DNA of 64,000 nucleotides. It comes from Methanobacteriota archaeon (GTDB lineage Archaea; Halobacteriota; Bog-38; Methanoflorentales; Methanoflorentaceae). Both the position numbers and the translations under genes were made by a program. This document shows positions 30,668 through 41,746 of the stretch, in pieces; within the stretch, counting starts at the first letter, position 1, and each line of letters begins with the position of its first letter. The DNA is taken from assembly GCA_963720465.1 (NCBI GenBank), contig OY970393.1:832001-896000 (forward strand), written 5' to 3'. The notes beneath the pieces are model-generated. The model saw nothing but the letters and a program-made list of their open reading frames with translations, did no database searches and had not been told where the DNA came from.

Positions 30668-31806
30668 CTATACGCTTTGACAAGAAGAATATGTTTAGCT
30701 TGGCAGCCATCCAAGCAATACTCCTCTCGCGGGGCATTGAGGTCAAGTTTTCATTAAGACCGGTCGATGGCATAATGATTTACAGCCTAGCAACGCCGCA
30801 GGCGACCGACGCCTATCGAGAGGTAGCAAACTCACGCACTCGGTCGATATTCATCGCCGGCGGCCCTCATCCTTCAGCAAGAGCGACCGAAGCACTGGAG
30901 CACTTTGACTTCGTCGTGATCGGTGAGGGCGAAGAAACGCTCCCTGAGCTAATCCTTGCGCTTAGAGGCGATGGCGATGTGGACGAGGTGCGAGGCATTG
31001 CGTTCAGAAGCCCCGATGGAATCCGCAAAACCGACCCAAGGCCTCACGTAGATCTCGACGCTTATCCGCCCTTCATCGAGAACTTGCGGGCCCCCATCGA
31101 GATCAGCCGTGGCTGTCCACACAACTGTAAGTACTGTCAAACACCGCGCTTATTCGGCACGAAAATGCGGCATCGCAGCGCGGCGACTATCGATTTCTAC
31201 AGCAATTATCTTTCAGATGTCAGATTTATCTCGCCTAACGCGTTTGCGTACGGATCAAACGGGCGTCACGCCGCACTCGGCCGCGTCACCGAGCTCCTCA
31301 CGTCGCTGCGTGGTCGGGTGTATTTCGGCACCTTCCCTTCCGAAGTGCGGCCAGAATTTGTTACAGATGAGCTTCTTGAGATCCTCAAGGAGCACTGCGC
31401 AAATAGTTCAATCCACATCGGAGCGCAGTCGGGAAGCGACGCTGTACCAAGAGAAGTACACCGAGGACACTCCCGTCACGACGTTGAAGTAGCGCTTGAA
31501 ACATGCCGCGCTCACAGCGTCACTCCAGTTGTGGATTTTATCTTCGGACTTCCGACCGAGGTCGCGGCAGATCAGCTGCAGAGCCTCGAGCTTGTTGACT
31601 CAATCGTCGCGATGGACGGACGAGCACGTGCTCACTACTTCACCCCTCTACCAGGGACGCCGTACGAAGATGCGGAACCCTCACCAGTGTCAAATAAGGT
31701 AGGAAAAAGACTTGGCAAGCTCGCGCGCGACGGCAAGGTTTCTGGACGATGGGAGCCTCCGCGTTCGCGACACAAAAAGGCAAACAATTTAAAACAGAGG
31801 CCGTAA
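30664..31806 (+). CDS. B12-binding/radical SAM protein (TIGR04013-like)
   Basis: AGGPHPS, GEGE, RGCPHNCKYC, SPNAFAYG, GTFPSEVRP; GTGA overlap with the upstream stop. Confidence 0.88.
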   Translation: MTIRFDKKNMFSLAAIQAILLSRGIEVKFSLRPVDGIMIYSLATPQATDAYREVANSRTRSIFIAGGPHPSARATEALEHFDFVVIGEGEETLPELILALRGDGDVDEVRGIAFRSPDGIRKTDPRPHVDLDAYPPFIENLRAPIEISRGCPHNCKYCQTPRLFGTKMRHRSAATIDFYSNYLSDVRFISPNAFAYGSNGRHAALGRVTELLTSLRGRVYFGTFPSEVRPEFVTDELLEILKEHCANSSIHIGAQSGSDAVPREVHRGHSRHDVEVALETCRAHSVTPVVDFIFGLPTEVAADQLQSLELVDSIVAMDGRARAHYFTPLPGTPYEDAEPSPVSNKVGKRLGKLARDGKVSGRWEPPRSRHKKANNLKQRP

Positions 31807-31834
31807 TACGTACTGGCAAGGTCTGTGACAGCTT

Positions 31835-32476
31835 ATGAAGTTTTTAGCCCTTTCGGATGCACATGGGGTCTATTCTCATATCGCCCAATTGTTATTTAAG
31901 GCGGGAGACGTCGACGCCGTTTGCGTAATAGGAGATATTACAGATTTCGGACCCAACACCCTCGTCCAAGAGCTGCTTTCGCTCATCGGGGAAGACGTGC
32001 CAACACTCGTGGTACCGGGGAACTGTGACCTCCCTACGATCGTTGAAACGATTGAGGAATCTTCCGCGGTCAACCTACATCTAAAGAGTTTTGACTACGA
32101 TGATATCAAATTCCTTGGCATCGGCGGATCAAATCCAACGCCATTTAACACTCCCTTTGAATTCAGCGAGGCGGAATTACAGAGGTACACCGCTAGACTC
32201 TTGAACGACGTCGGAGACACCACGGTTTTGCTTTCACACACCCCCCCCAAGGGATTCTTAGACGCGGTTGACTCGAAGCACGTCGGAAGTGAGGCAATTC
32301 TCCACGCCGTGGGGATTGTCGACGTACTGGCCTGCGGACACATACACGAGCAGCGAGGCGCTCTTGTCTCGGGCAAAACCACGATCGTGAATCCTGGAAT
32401 GGCTGCACGGGGCTTTGGTGCCGTTATCGAAATTCGTCCGGGAGAGAGCGCAATAGTCACGCTGATTCAGGCGTAA
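31835..32476 (+). CDS. calcineurin-like metallophosphoesterase
   Basis: SDAHG, GDITD, PGNCD, SHTPP, CGHIHE, NPG. Confidence 0.92.
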   Translation: MKFLALSDAHGVYSHIAQLLFKAGDVDAVCVIGDITDFGPNTLVQELLSLIGEDVPTLVVPGNCDLPTIVETIEESSAVNLHLKSFDYDDIKFLGIGGSNPTPFNTPFEFSEAELQRYTARLLNDVGDTTVLLSHTPPKGFLDAVDSKHVGSEAILHAVGIVDVLACGHIHEQRGALVSGKTTIVNPGMAARGFGAVIEIRPGESAIVTLIQA

Positions 32477-33020
32477 GCTGTTTGCTTTAAGGACGCGATT
32501 GTTTCGCTCTTCAAACAGCAGCCCAAGACGATTTGCAATTTGACGCTAAGACTTCCGCAAGGGCAAAATGCAATCAGCCAGAATTGCCCCCTTTGCTTAC
32601 TACTTGCCAACCTCAACGAAGAACCCTCGCCTCGCGCCTGGCCACGGTGCTGAAGGAGTTACGCGAAATGGCTGCATCCTTCTTTGACACACACAAATCC
32701 GCGAATAACCAACTTCTTAACCTCAGATGTGGTTCCGTGGGACTATAAACTGCCACCTCGTGCTGTCAACGGCCTTTTCTTCTCACGTTGTGTCGGCCCC
32801 CGTGCCAATTTGAGCATTCTTCCCGCAACATCGAATCGGCCGAGCGTACAAAGCTGATCGGAAGCCGGTGGCAGACGTGACAAGCTCGCTATCAACTCGC
32901 TGACACAGATCAATTCAGCTTGAAAATGGCCTTAAAGACTTCGGCAAAGAGAGCAGCTTCAGCGCGGAATTCTGTCCTGCTAGAGATAAGGGTTTTAAAT
33001 ATGAGACGCAAGTATCCCTT

Positions 33021-34070
33021 ATGAGCGTTGAACGGGGCGATTTCATCAGGTTGTCCTATACCGGGCGATTAGACAACGGCGATGTTTTTGACACCACAGA
33101 CGAAGATGTCGCCAAGGAAAATGGGCTATTCGCAGAGGGCGTTGCCTACGCACCTATAACCATCGTGGTCGGCGAAAACATGGTAGTCAAGGGGCTTGAC
33201 GAAGATTTTATCGGAAAAAAGGCTGGCCACAAAGGGCAGATCAAAATTGCACCACAAGATGCATTTGGACAGCGAATTCCTGAACTAATTGAAGTCGTCC
33301 CAACGCGCAGATTCGAAAAGAGACCGACGCCTGGAATGCGCGTTTCACTCGATAACAGGACAGGAACCGTCGAGAGCGTAATTGGGGGACGTGTGCGCGT
33401 GGATTTCAATTCGCCGTACGCAGGCAGGACCGTCAACTATGCGTATAAGATTGAGGCCATCATTGTCGATACTGTCGAAAAAGTCAAGGGATTGTTCAAG
33501 TACTACCTGAATAAGGACTTTGAGGTATCGATCGCTGAGCACAGAGTGATTGTTGAAATGCCCTACGAATTGGGATTCAACCAACAGGTGCAGTACTACA
33601 AGAAGCTTCTGGCCGAAAAAATCATTCAGTTTGCTGGCGCGGACGAAGTCGATTACTTGGAAGTCCATAAGCGACCCGAACCGGTCAGTGAAGAAGCCGC
33701 TACAGGTCCCGAAAAGGAGCCTGAAGCAAAGGAACCAAGGAAGCGCACACGCCGGACTAAAGCGGGTGAGGCGGCCCCGGCGAGTGAAGAAGCCGCTACA
33801 GGTGCCGAAAAGGAGCCTGAAGCAAAGGAACCAAGGAAGCGCACACGCCGGACTAAAGCGGGTGAGGCGGCCCCGGCGAGTGAAGAAGCCGCTACAGGTG
33901 CCGAAAAGGAGCCTGAAGCAAAGGAACCAAGGAAGCGCACACGCCGGACTAAAGCGGGTGAGGCGGCCCCGGCGAGTGAAGAAGCCGCTACAGGTGCCGA
34001 AAAGGAGCCTGAAGCAAAGGAACCAAGGAAGCGCACACGCCGGACTAAAGCGGGTGAGGCGGCCCCATAG
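33021..34070 (+). CDS. long-type FKBP peptidyl-prolyl isomerase (SlyD-like) with repetitive tail
   Basis: YTGRL..G.VFDTT, AFG.R, VDFNSPYAG. Confidence 0.92.
   Translation: MSVERGDFIRLSYTGRLDNGDVFDTTDEDVAKENGLFAEGVAYAPITIVVGENMVVKGLDEDFIGKKAGHKGQIKIAPQDAFGQRIPELIEVVPTRRFEKRPTPGMRVSLDNRTGTVESVIGGRVRVDFNSPYAGRTVNYAYKIEAIIVDTVEKVKGLFKYYLNKDFEVSIAEHRVIVEMPYELGFNQQVQYYKKLLAEKIIQFAGADEVDYLEVHKRPEPVSEEAATGPEKEPEAKEPRKRTRRTKAGEAAPASEEAATGAEKEPEAKEPRKRTRRTKAGEAAPASEEAATGAEKEPEAKEPRKRTRRTKAGEAAPASEEAATGAEKEPEAKEPRKRTRRTKAGEAAP
33687..34067 (+). repeat. 4 x 96-bp in-frame tandem repeat
   Basis: Units start at 33687, 33783, 33879 and 33975; encode SEEAATGAEKEPEAKEPRKRTRRTKAGEAAPA; nearly identical. Confidence 0.97.
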
Positions 34071-34148
34071 CAGAGCTTCACAACAAGAACCTGCGGCTCT
34101 TATCAGTCTCGAATAGACTAATCCAAATCCTGCCTGTTGGATACGTGT

Positions 34149-34170
34149 GAGTGAGTCAAGAGGCTCACTC
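34149..34170. terminator. hairpin between convergent genes
   Basis: GAGTGAGTC-AAGA-GGCTCACTC, 9-bp stem with one G-U. Confidence 0.35.
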
Positions 34171-34211
34171 CGAGTCTGAGCAGGATTATGTCACTTCAAA
34201 AAGCTGTTCGC

Positions 34212-34661
34212 TCAGCGCTTAAGCTCAACCAGTTTCAATGATTTTCCTTCAGGGCACGCATCTGGTGTGTCACCCAGCACTGAAGAAATCACGTACTTGT
34301 CATCCCGCGTGAGTCCACTCGGATGGCATAGTTCGTAGATCTTGCAGTCACGGACCTCGCAGTCGTTCTGCTTGTACAAGATTCTCGAGCCAACAAACGC
34401 GCTTTTAGAGTCGATTGCTGCTATGCTTGGACTTTCGACCACTTCGACCGCTTTGACCCCAATATCGTGCAGTGCGCAGTTGTGCTTCATATTGCCGCGC
34501 ACGCCGACTATTCTATAACGACGCGCAACGTCTAGATTCAGGCACGTGTTCTTAAATTTGCACGTCTCGCATTCATTCGTCGGTCCATTGAATACGAACT
34601 CTACGCCGACCTTGGCCAAGCCCACGCCGATTAGCGTTATGCTAGCGTTTCCTTTTGGCAT
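34212..34661 (-). CDS. UPF0179 family protein
   Basis: ITLIG..LAK.G.EF.F.G...CETC...C.NL; conserved Cys pattern. Confidence 0.85.
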   Translation of the reverse strand: MPKGNASITLIGVGLAKVGVEFVFNGPTNECETCKFKNTCLNLDVARRYRIVGVRGNMKHNCALHDIGVKAVEVVESPSIAAIDSKSAFVGSRILYKQNDCEVRDCKIYELCHPSGLTRDDKYVISSVLGDTPDACPEGKSLKLVELKR

Positions 34662-34748
34662 CCTATCAATCCTGTACCTGTAATCTACTGATGCTGCACT
34701 CCGCTACCAGTAGGTTACGTTGTCTTATTATAAACATATGAATGCGGC

Positions 34749-35783
34749 CTACTCAATTACCCGGGTGATCTTCGCCAACTCTTCAGCCGCTTTTCTCGTG
34801 AGCCCCTCTCCAAGGATTGTGTAACGCTCAGGTCGCACGTTCTTTGCGTGAAGCAACGCTTCAACGATGTACTGATCCTTGATGCCCAAACCTTGAGCAT
34901 CGACCGGCGCGCCAATACTCTGGAGCGATTGTCGAATTCGTTGCCAGTCACCACCGTGCAGATAGGCCATCATAATGGTTCCAACACCGCACTGCTCGCC
35001 GTGCAAAGCCGGTTTGGGGGCTTTAACGTCAAGTGCGTGACTGAACTTATGCTCGCTGCCTGAAGCCGGCCGGGACGACCCTGCAATACTCATAGCCACG
35101 CTGCTCGAAACCAATGCTTTCACTACGAGCCGGACAGAGTCCTCCAAATTCGGCTTAATTTGCGTAGCCGCGTTGAGTATGATCTCAGTCGACATGAGCG
35201 ACAGCGCCGCAGCATACTCACTAAACTCTTCACCTCGCAGTTTCCTCGCGAGTTCCCAGTCCTTCACCGCCGTATAATTGGATATTATGTCGCCGCAACC
35301 GGCGGCGAGCAGCCTATGTGGCGCCTGCGCTATGATTCTCGTGTCTGCGATAATTGCAAGAGGGGTTTGAGCTTCGATCGATTGGGTTCCCTCCTTAAAA
35401 CGTATAGAAGCGCGCATCGATGCGATTCCGTCATGACTTGCTGCTGTGGGCACGCTGATGAACGGCAAATTCGCGCTGACCGACGCAATCTTGGCGATGT
35501 CAATGGTCCTGCCGCCGCCGACTGCGACTACGAAGTTCTTGTCCGAAGCGCGACTTGCGACTCGCTCGACTTCGTCCATCGAGGCCGAACCGACGATGAG
35601 CACCTCAGCGGGATATTCGTTCCCTAGGATGCCCGCTATTTGCTGCCCGAATGAACACGTATGCTGTCCGCAGACTATTAACCCGCTCCCGTCAAGTTTA
35701 AGTTCTCTAAGGACATCGGCAATATCGCGTATAGCATCTTGTTCCATCACTACAATTCTAGGGAGCAGCATCCATCGTTGCAT
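34749..35783 (-). CDS. egsA: glycerol-1-phosphate dehydrogenase
   Basis: [43 protein letters not shown]. Confidence 0.96.
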   Translation of the reverse strand: MQRWMLLPRIVVMEQDAIRDIADVLRELKLDGSGLIVCGQHTCSFGQQIAGILGNEYPAEVLIVGSASMDEVERVASRASDKNFVVAVGGGRTIDIAKIASVSANLPFISVPTAASHDGIASMRASIRFKEGTQSIEAQTPLAIIADTRIIAQAPHRLLAAGCGDIISNYTAVKDWELARKLRGEEFSEYAAALSLMSTEIILNAATQIKPNLEDSVRLVVKALVSSSVAMSIAGSSRPASGSEHKFSHALDVKAPKPALHGEQCGVGTIMMAYLHGGDWQRIRQSLQSIGAPVDAQGLGIKDQYIVEALLHAKNVRPERYTILGEGLTRKAAEELAKITRVIE

Positions 35784-35793
35784 CGGTGATCAC

Positions 35794-36645
35794 TTGTTCG
35801 ATCTAGGCACTTTTATCAACCAGTTAGGCAATTTTGTCAACCAGTACTATATACACCCCATCATATACGACACTGGATATAACCCGGTCAACACGATAAC
35901 GTGGGCTATCATTCTCGGCCTAAGCCTGTTTGGAGTCGTTAAGCTTCTCGACAAGCTGGATCTAACCGTTGATGAGGTTTTCATATTCGCGGTTTCCCCT
36001 TATATCTTTGTGGGGGGTTCTCTGCGCGTGGTTGAAGATGCCGGTCTCGTTGCCGCACCACTGAAGTATCTCTTGATCACCCCCCTAATCTATTTCTTCA
36101 TCTTTTTTGTGTGCATCGCGATCCTGATATTATCCGTAGGATTAGCGCGCGTTTCGCGCATCAAGTACTACTGGCCCTTCGCGCTCGGCGGCGTGGCATG
36201 GAGCATTCTGAACGTCTGGCTCCTTTACACGACGGCAAAGTCGTTCAACGGGACCATATTGGCGATCATATTGTCAGTTGGCGCGGCCCTGTGTTTATTG
36301 GTCTTCGTGATTGGGCGCCTTTTTAACATCGCGCTTCTAAAGGATCGCGTCAACGCGTACGTGCTCGACGGACAGCTGCTCGACGCCACAGCCACGTCGT
36401 TCGGCCTCACGCTCCTCCCGTATGCAGAGAAACACGTGCTTCCGAACTTCCTTATTGAAGCCACCGGCACGGCATTCATTATGTACCCGCTCAAGGTCAT
36501 CGTAACGATTCCGGTGCTGTTCATAATAGATGAATATTTGAAGGGCGAATCAAGAAATCTAACTGGCTTGGTGAAGCTTGCTATTCTCACGGTTGGCCTA
36601 GCGCCTGCTATCAGGGACACGTTACGGATGACCCTCGGAGTATGA
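35794..36645 (+). CDS. DUF63 membrane protein
   Basis: YYIHPI...GYNPVNT, GGSLRVVED, LITP.IY, LDATAT, EKHVLP, GLAPAIRD; start reset to TTG 35794 after GGTGAT. Confidence 0.85.
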   Translation: MFDLGTFINQLGNFVNQYYIHPIIYDTGYNPVNTITWAIILGLSLFGVVKLLDKLDLTVDEVFIFAVSPYIFVGGSLRVVEDAGLVAAPLKYLLITPLIYFFIFFVCIAILILSVGLARVSRIKYYWPFALGGVAWSILNVWLLYTTAKSFNGTILAIILSVGAALCLLVFVIGRLFNIALLKDRVNAYVLDGQLLDATATSFGLTLLPYAEKHVLPNFLIEATGTAFIMYPLKVIVTIPVLFIIDEYLKGESRNLTGLVKLAILTVGLAPAIRDTLRMTLGV

Positions 36646-36702
36646 CATCTTTCGGGATGAGGCCACGTTCACATTCGCACGTAACCGCATCGGAGTGGTA
36701 GA

Positions 36703-38091
36703 GTGAAGAGCGATAATTTCAGCGAGTGGTTCAATGAGTTGCTGGTCGATGCGGAAATCATGGACGTGCGATACCCGATCAAAGGGTTGTATGTATGGTT
36801 TCCCTTCGGCTTCACCTTGCGAAAACTGACGTACGACATACTCCGGTCGCTTCTGGATCGAGAGCACGAAGAAACCTATTTCCCTCTCCTCATACCTGAA
36901 AATGAGCTCCTTAAAGAATCGGAACACATCAAAGGATTTGAGGAAGAGGTCTTCTGGGTGACCAGAGGCGGTTTCACAGAACTCGATGTGCCGCTTGCTC
37001 TGCGGCCGACTTCAGAGACCGCAATTTATCCGATGTTTAGCATTTGGATACGCTCGCACGCAGATCTTCCGCTCAAGATCTACCAGATCGTCAACACTTT
37101 CAGGTACGAGACGAAACATACCCGACCGCTGATACGGCTACGAGAGATAACCAGCTTCCAAGAGGCGCACACCGCTCACGCCTCTTGGGAGGACGCTAAG
37201 AAACAAACCGAAGCTGCCGTGGCGCTGTACAAGGAGTTCTACGACAGGTTAGGTATCCCCTATGTCGTCTTGCGTCGACCGCAGTGGGACAGATTTCCCG
37301 GAGCCGATTACACCATCGCGTTCGATACGCTAATGCCCGATGGGAAGAGCTTACAAATCGGAACGATTCATCATCTAAGCACAAACTTCGCAAAGACGTT
37401 CGATATCACGTACGAAGATCGCTCCGGAAACCAGCAGTTTGTAAATCAGACGTGCTACGGAATTTCGGAGCGCTGCATTGCTGCTGTCATTTCAGTTCAC
37501 GGCGACGACAAAGGTCTGGTGCTACCGCCCGAGATAGCCCCTACTCAAATTGTTATTATCCCCATTTTCACTGCTGAAGCTGATTCCGAAGCAGTGTTGA
37601 AAGCGTGTACCGAACTCAAACACGAGTTGTCGCGCTATCGCATCGTTCTTGACACGGCTGATGCCCGGCCGGGCGCCAAGTTCTATAAGTGGGAAAAACA
37701 GGGGGTTCCCGTGCGCATAGAGGTCGGCCCCAGAGACATTTCAAAAAGCGCCGTAACGCTCGTGCGGCGGGATACTGGAAATAAAGAGGTTGTGGCGCGT
37801 TCTAAACTGCAAGCGCGAGTTGGTGAAGTGATGACTGAGGTGCTCAGTACTATGGCTAAAAGGGCACAAGCGGTCCTGCGCACGCACACTGTCGCGATAG
37901 AAACTCCTGAGCAAGCAAAAGACAAGAAGGGCTTTTTTCAGATTTCGTGGTGCGGATCCGAGTCCTGTGGCCACCGGCTGCAAGAGCTGAGTGACGCTGA
38001 TGTATTGGGAGAGGCCGAGCCAATGGAGGGACGGTGCGCCATATGCAAAACGCCAACGACCGTAAAGGCCTTTTTAGCTCGGCCTTACTGA
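36703..38091 (+). CDS. proS: proline--tRNA ligase (archaeal/eukaryotic type)
   Basis: [36 protein letters not shown]. Confidence 0.97.
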   Translation: MKSDNFSEWFNELLVDAEIMDVRYPIKGLYVWFPFGFTLRKLTYDILRSLLDREHEETYFPLLIPENELLKESEHIKGFEEEVFWVTRGGFTELDVPLALRPTSETAIYPMFSIWIRSHADLPLKIYQIVNTFRYETKHTRPLIRLREITSFQEAHTAHASWEDAKKQTEAAVALYKEFYDRLGIPYVVLRRPQWDRFPGADYTIAFDTLMPDGKSLQIGTIHHLSTNFAKTFDITYEDRSGNQQFVNQTCYGISERCIAAVISVHGDDKGLVLPPEIAPTQIVIIPIFTAEADSEAVLKACTELKHELSRYRIVLDTADARPGAKFYKWEKQGVPVRIEVGPRDISKSAVTLVRRDTGNKEVVARSKLQARVGEVMTEVLSTMAKRAQAVLRTHTVAIETPEQAKDKKGFFQISWCGSESCGHRLQELSDADVLGEAEPMEGRCAICKTPTTVKAFLARPY

Positions 38092-38256
38092 CGCAGTCTT
38101 TAGCCTGTCAAGATCCATAGCTTCACATATCTCTCGAGATTATCGATTCGCTGCTCTGGATTTACACTTCCAGCAAAAATGGTTGCGCATCCCCAGCGGA
38201 AAAACCTGACGCGAAGTGGCAAACACTTTTTTCCAAATAAAACAAAACTGAACCAG

Positions 38257-39408
38257 ATGAATATCAGAACGCTCGATCGAAAAATAACCGAGCTGCAACT
38301 CGACGGCTATATACTATATGCGGCCTCGTCCCAAGACGCGAACCTCTACTATTTGACTGATTTCCTGGCAGACGATCCATTCTTGTTCTTGCGCGCCGGC
38401 GGGCAGTCGCTGCTCGTCGTATCGAGTATGGAGAGTGCAAGGGCGATTCTATCCTCGACAGCTGATCGGGTGCGCTCGCAAGAAGAATTCCGAAGAGATT
38501 CGCACGTAATGGAAGGCGACCGAGCGACAATTGATCTACTTGTCTCAGTGCTAAAAGAATACAACATTAAGCGCTTAGGCGTTGACGCAGCTTTTCCGAT
38601 CATTTTAGCTGACGCGCTTCGGAACGACGGTTACGAGTTACACCCCATATCTGGTTTGATCGAACGCTTGCGCTCCATTAAAACAGCGCGCGAGCTGAGA
38701 CTTATGATGGCCGTACAACGTGCTTGCGAAAAAGCGTTCGATTCCGCCCTGGCCATCTTGCGACGCAGCGAAATCATCGGTGATACGCTGCGTTATGACG
38801 GGCAGGTGCTTACGTCGGAGCGGCTAAAGGCCACAATCGGCTGTTCACTCATCAATGACGCTTGTACCTCGACTGACGTGATCGCTTCAAGCGGCTATGA
38901 CTCTGCGTTACCTCATCTCGCCGGTTCAGGGCCCATCAAAGCCCATTCTGCGATAGTCCTCGATATTTTTCCTCAATCGATAGAATCGCAATACCACGCC
39001 GATATGTCGCGGACAGTGTTACGAGGTGAAGCTCCTCGTGAACTCGCTGAGATGTTCACCGCAGTTCAGGAAGCGCAAGAACTCGCTGTTCAGAGGATCC
39101 GACCGGGCATCAGCGGAGCAGAAGTCCACTTGGCGGTCGCAGACCACTTCGAAGAGCGCGGATTTCACACTGACCTCGAAAAAGGCATTGGGTTCATTCA
39201 CTCGACAGGACACGGACTGGGGTTGGAGGTTCACGAACTTCCGTTTCTCAGCAAACGAGGGGGGATCCTGGCAAAAGGCAATGTAGTCACCGTCGAACCC
39301 GGCCTTTACTATGCGAACGTCGGGGGGGTGCGCATCGAAGACGCAGTAGTTATTACTCATAACGGGAATAGAAGTATCACGCAGTCCAAAAAGGAGCTTG
39401 TGATTTAA
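38257..39408 (+). CDS. Xaa-Pro aminopeptidase (M24B)
   Basis: DIFP, YHADMSRT, HSTGHGLGLEVHE, TVEPGLY, GVRIED; start reset to ATG 38257. Confidence 0.92.
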   Translation: MNIRTLDRKITELQLDGYILYAASSQDANLYYLTDFLADDPFLFLRAGGQSLLVVSSMESARAILSSTADRVRSQEEFRRDSHVMEGDRATIDLLVSVLKEYNIKRLGVDAAFPIILADALRNDGYELHPISGLIERLRSIKTARELRLMMAVQRACEKAFDSALAILRRSEIIGDTLRYDGQVLTSERLKATIGCSLINDACTSTDVIASSGYDSALPHLAGSGPIKAHSAIVLDIFPQSIESQYHADMSRTVLRGEAPRELAEMFTAVQEAQELAVQRIRPGISGAEVHLAVADHFEERGFHTDLEKGIGFIHSTGHGLGLEVHELPFLSKRGGILAKGNVVTVEPGLYYANVGGVRIEDAVVITHNGNRSITQSKKELVI

Positions 39409-40278
39409 GTGACGGAAGCCGAGGTCTTAGAGAAATATCGCGAAGCCGGGCGTATATTAGCAGAGGTTCGCGCAGATGCCGTTAAGAAGATAAAAGTCGG
39501 AAAAAAATTGCTCGACGCAGCGGAAAGCATTGAAAACTCAATTCAGCAAAAAGGCGGTGCTGTCGCTTTCCCGACGAACATATCCGTGAACGAGGAGGCG
39601 GCGCACGCCACTCCTTCCAAGGCAGATGCGTCAACGTTTGGGACTGATCTCGTCAAGCTGGATATTGGCGTGCATATAAATGGCTATATTGCCGATACAG
39701 CGGTCACCATCGACCTCGGCAACAATAAGGAGCTAGTCGACGCCTCGAACAGTGCCCTCGAGCGAGCAATTGAAGTCGTGCGTGCGGGTGTTGATTTGGC
39801 AGCAATCAGTGAAGTCATCGAAGACACGATCACTGGTTACGGGTACCTCCCGGTCGCCAATCTTACAGGCCACGGCCTCGAGCGCTACACACAACACGCG
39901 CCGCCCGCGATTCACAACCGACGAACTCAAAGCGGATCGAAGCTCAAAGAAGGTCAGGTCGTAGCAATTGAACCGTTTTCTTCCGCCGGCAACGGTCGCG
40001 TGTACGAAACAGGTAAAGCGGAGATCTTCAGCCTTGTAAAGGCAAAGCCTGTGCGATCGCCTGAAGCTCGAGCCATTTTGAAAGATATTGACGCTTACAA
40101 AACACTGCCATTCGCCAAGAGATGGTTAAAAGGCCGTGTCGATTTGGGCTTGAAACAACTTGAAACGGCAGGAATAATTCGCGCTTATCCGGTACTCAAA
40201 GACCGAGGACTCGTTTCGCAGTCTGAGGATACCCTGATTGTAACGAACGACGGAAGCGAGGTTATAACCAGGATCTGA
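39409..40278 (+). CDS. map: type II methionine aminopeptidase
   Basis: AFPTNIS.NE.AAH, KLDIGVH..GYIADTA, NLTGH, AIEPF. Confidence 0.95.
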   Translation: MTEAEVLEKYREAGRILAEVRADAVKKIKVGKKLLDAAESIENSIQQKGGAVAFPTNISVNEEAAHATPSKADASTFGTDLVKLDIGVHINGYIADTAVTIDLGNNKELVDASNSALERAIEVVRAGVDLAAISEVIEDTITGYGYLPVANLTGHGLERYTQHAPPAIHNRRTQSGSKLKEGQVVAIEPFSSAGNGRVYETGKAEIFSLVKAKPVRSPEARAILKDIDAYKTLPFAKRWLKGRVDLGLKQLETAGIIRAYPVLKDRGLVSQSEDTLIVTNDGSEVITRI

Positions 40279-40374
40279 TACGTCTTTCGGACCCTTTTGG
40301 CCGTTTGCCCTCGACCTAATCTTTATATGCTTTTCACACACATGAAGTTCGCTTATAAATCAGGATGATGCTAG

Positions 40375-41658
40375 ATGGAAGACCCGGAAAATCAGGTCCT
40401 TGACATCATCGAGCTGCTACTCACCGCGCATATCTACAATGATTATGATCAGCTCGATGAAAATGACCTGCCCCCTTATATCAGAAAGAACTACTGGAAC
40501 TCCAAGGAACGAAGAGTAGATAGGCCTATAATCGTCTCAGAAAACGCCGTTGACAGAATCTACGAGATTCCCCACGGATGGGGTTTGATCAAAACGTTGC
40601 CATTTGTAGTGTTCGAGGAATTTGGCGCCCGGATCAATCTTACGGTGCTTGACCTGGCAGCCAGGTGGTTTGCCACACAAGACTCACTATCTCGCATCAA
40701 CCAAAATCCTGCCTTGGCTTTCTACTACTCAAGAAATGACTCGCTGGACGTCGATTACGAACAGGTGCGTCGGCTGAACAAGCCTAAAGAAATGGACAGG
40801 GAGTGGATATTTTCTTTGATAGACGAGATCGCCGGCGAGGGAGAAGAAGCAGAAGACATGCTCAAGCTCGTCGCAATCTCTGCGCCTGAAGACGTTCGCG
40901 AGAGTCTCGATAAACTCGTTCTCACGCAAGAACAAATAGAGGAGATCGAGAAGGTCGTCAAGGCAATTCAGTACAGAGACTATTTGAGGGAGATAGAACT
41001 CTTCGAGATAGGGAAGCTCTTGTTTGTGGGCCCACCTGGAACCGGGAAGACGTCGGTCGCTCGAGCCCTTTCAAAAGAGTTAGGGCTTCCGTTTCTGGAG
41101 GTGCGACTATCGATGATTACCTCACAATATCTTGGCGAGACGTCCAAGAACATCGGAAAAGTATTCGCTCTGGCCAAGCGATTAAACCCCTGCATCTTGT
41201 TCATCGATGAGTTTGATTATGTGGCCAAAACACGGCTCTCTGATGAGCACGGCGCGATAAAAAGAGCCGTAAACATGCTGCTCAAGAGTATCGACGACAT
41301 CAGCCTAGTCGATGACGGAGTGCTGATGATCGGTGCGACTAATCACCCAAGCCTTCTCGATTCAGCCGCATGGAGGCGATTTGACAAGATCGTACCGTTT
41401 CCACTTCCAGATGCCGCAATGAGAAAAGAGATATTAGACAAGATCACGGCCCGCATTAAGGGTACGTTTGACACGCAGAAGCTGGCGGAAATGACAGATC
41501 AATGCACGGGCTCAGATCTGAGGCTGATATTAAGAGAAGCCGTGCTCAAGGCGCTGTTTGAAGAACGGATGGACCTCTCTCAAAATGATCTTGAGGAGGC
41601 TGTCAGTAACTTCAGTAAGCGATCTGAGCTCAAGATGAGTGAATACGAGAACATCTAG
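40375..41658 (+). CDS. AAA+ ATPase (euryarchaeal family)
   Basis: [29 protein letters not shown]. Confidence 0.92.
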   Translation: MEDPENQVLDIIELLLTAHIYNDYDQLDENDLPPYIRKNYWNSKERRVDRPIIVSENAVDRIYEIPHGWGLIKTLPFVVFEEFGARINLTVLDLAARWFATQDSLSRINQNPALAFYYSRNDSLDVDYEQVRRLNKPKEMDREWIFSLIDEIAGEGEEAEDMLKLVAISAPEDVRESLDKLVLTQEQIEEIEKVVKAIQYRDYLREIELFEIGKLLFVGPPGTGKTSVARALSKELGLPFLEVRLSMITSQYLGETSKNIGKVFALAKRLNPCILFIDEFDYVAKTRLSDEHGAIKRAVNMLLKSIDDISLVDDGVLMIGATNHPSLLDSAAWRRFDKIVPFPLPDAAMRKEILDKITARIKGTFDTQKLAEMTDQCTGSDLRLILREAVLKALFEERMDLSQNDLEEAVSNFSKRSELKMSEYENI

Positions 41659-41746
41659 TTGGGCAGAGTCGCAACGAAGACGACAGCATGAACAACCTGA
41701 CTGCGTCACTGAGAACACAACCGCACGTCAGGCGGAGGTAGCAAAC

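Noticed and set aside
33687-34067. Possible CRISPR array
   Set aside because: Head-to-tail 96-bp units without unique spacers, in frame within a CDS
35446-35793. N-terminal 116 codons of ORF 35446..36645
   Set aside because: Antisense shadow of egsA; DUF63 similarity begins near 35794
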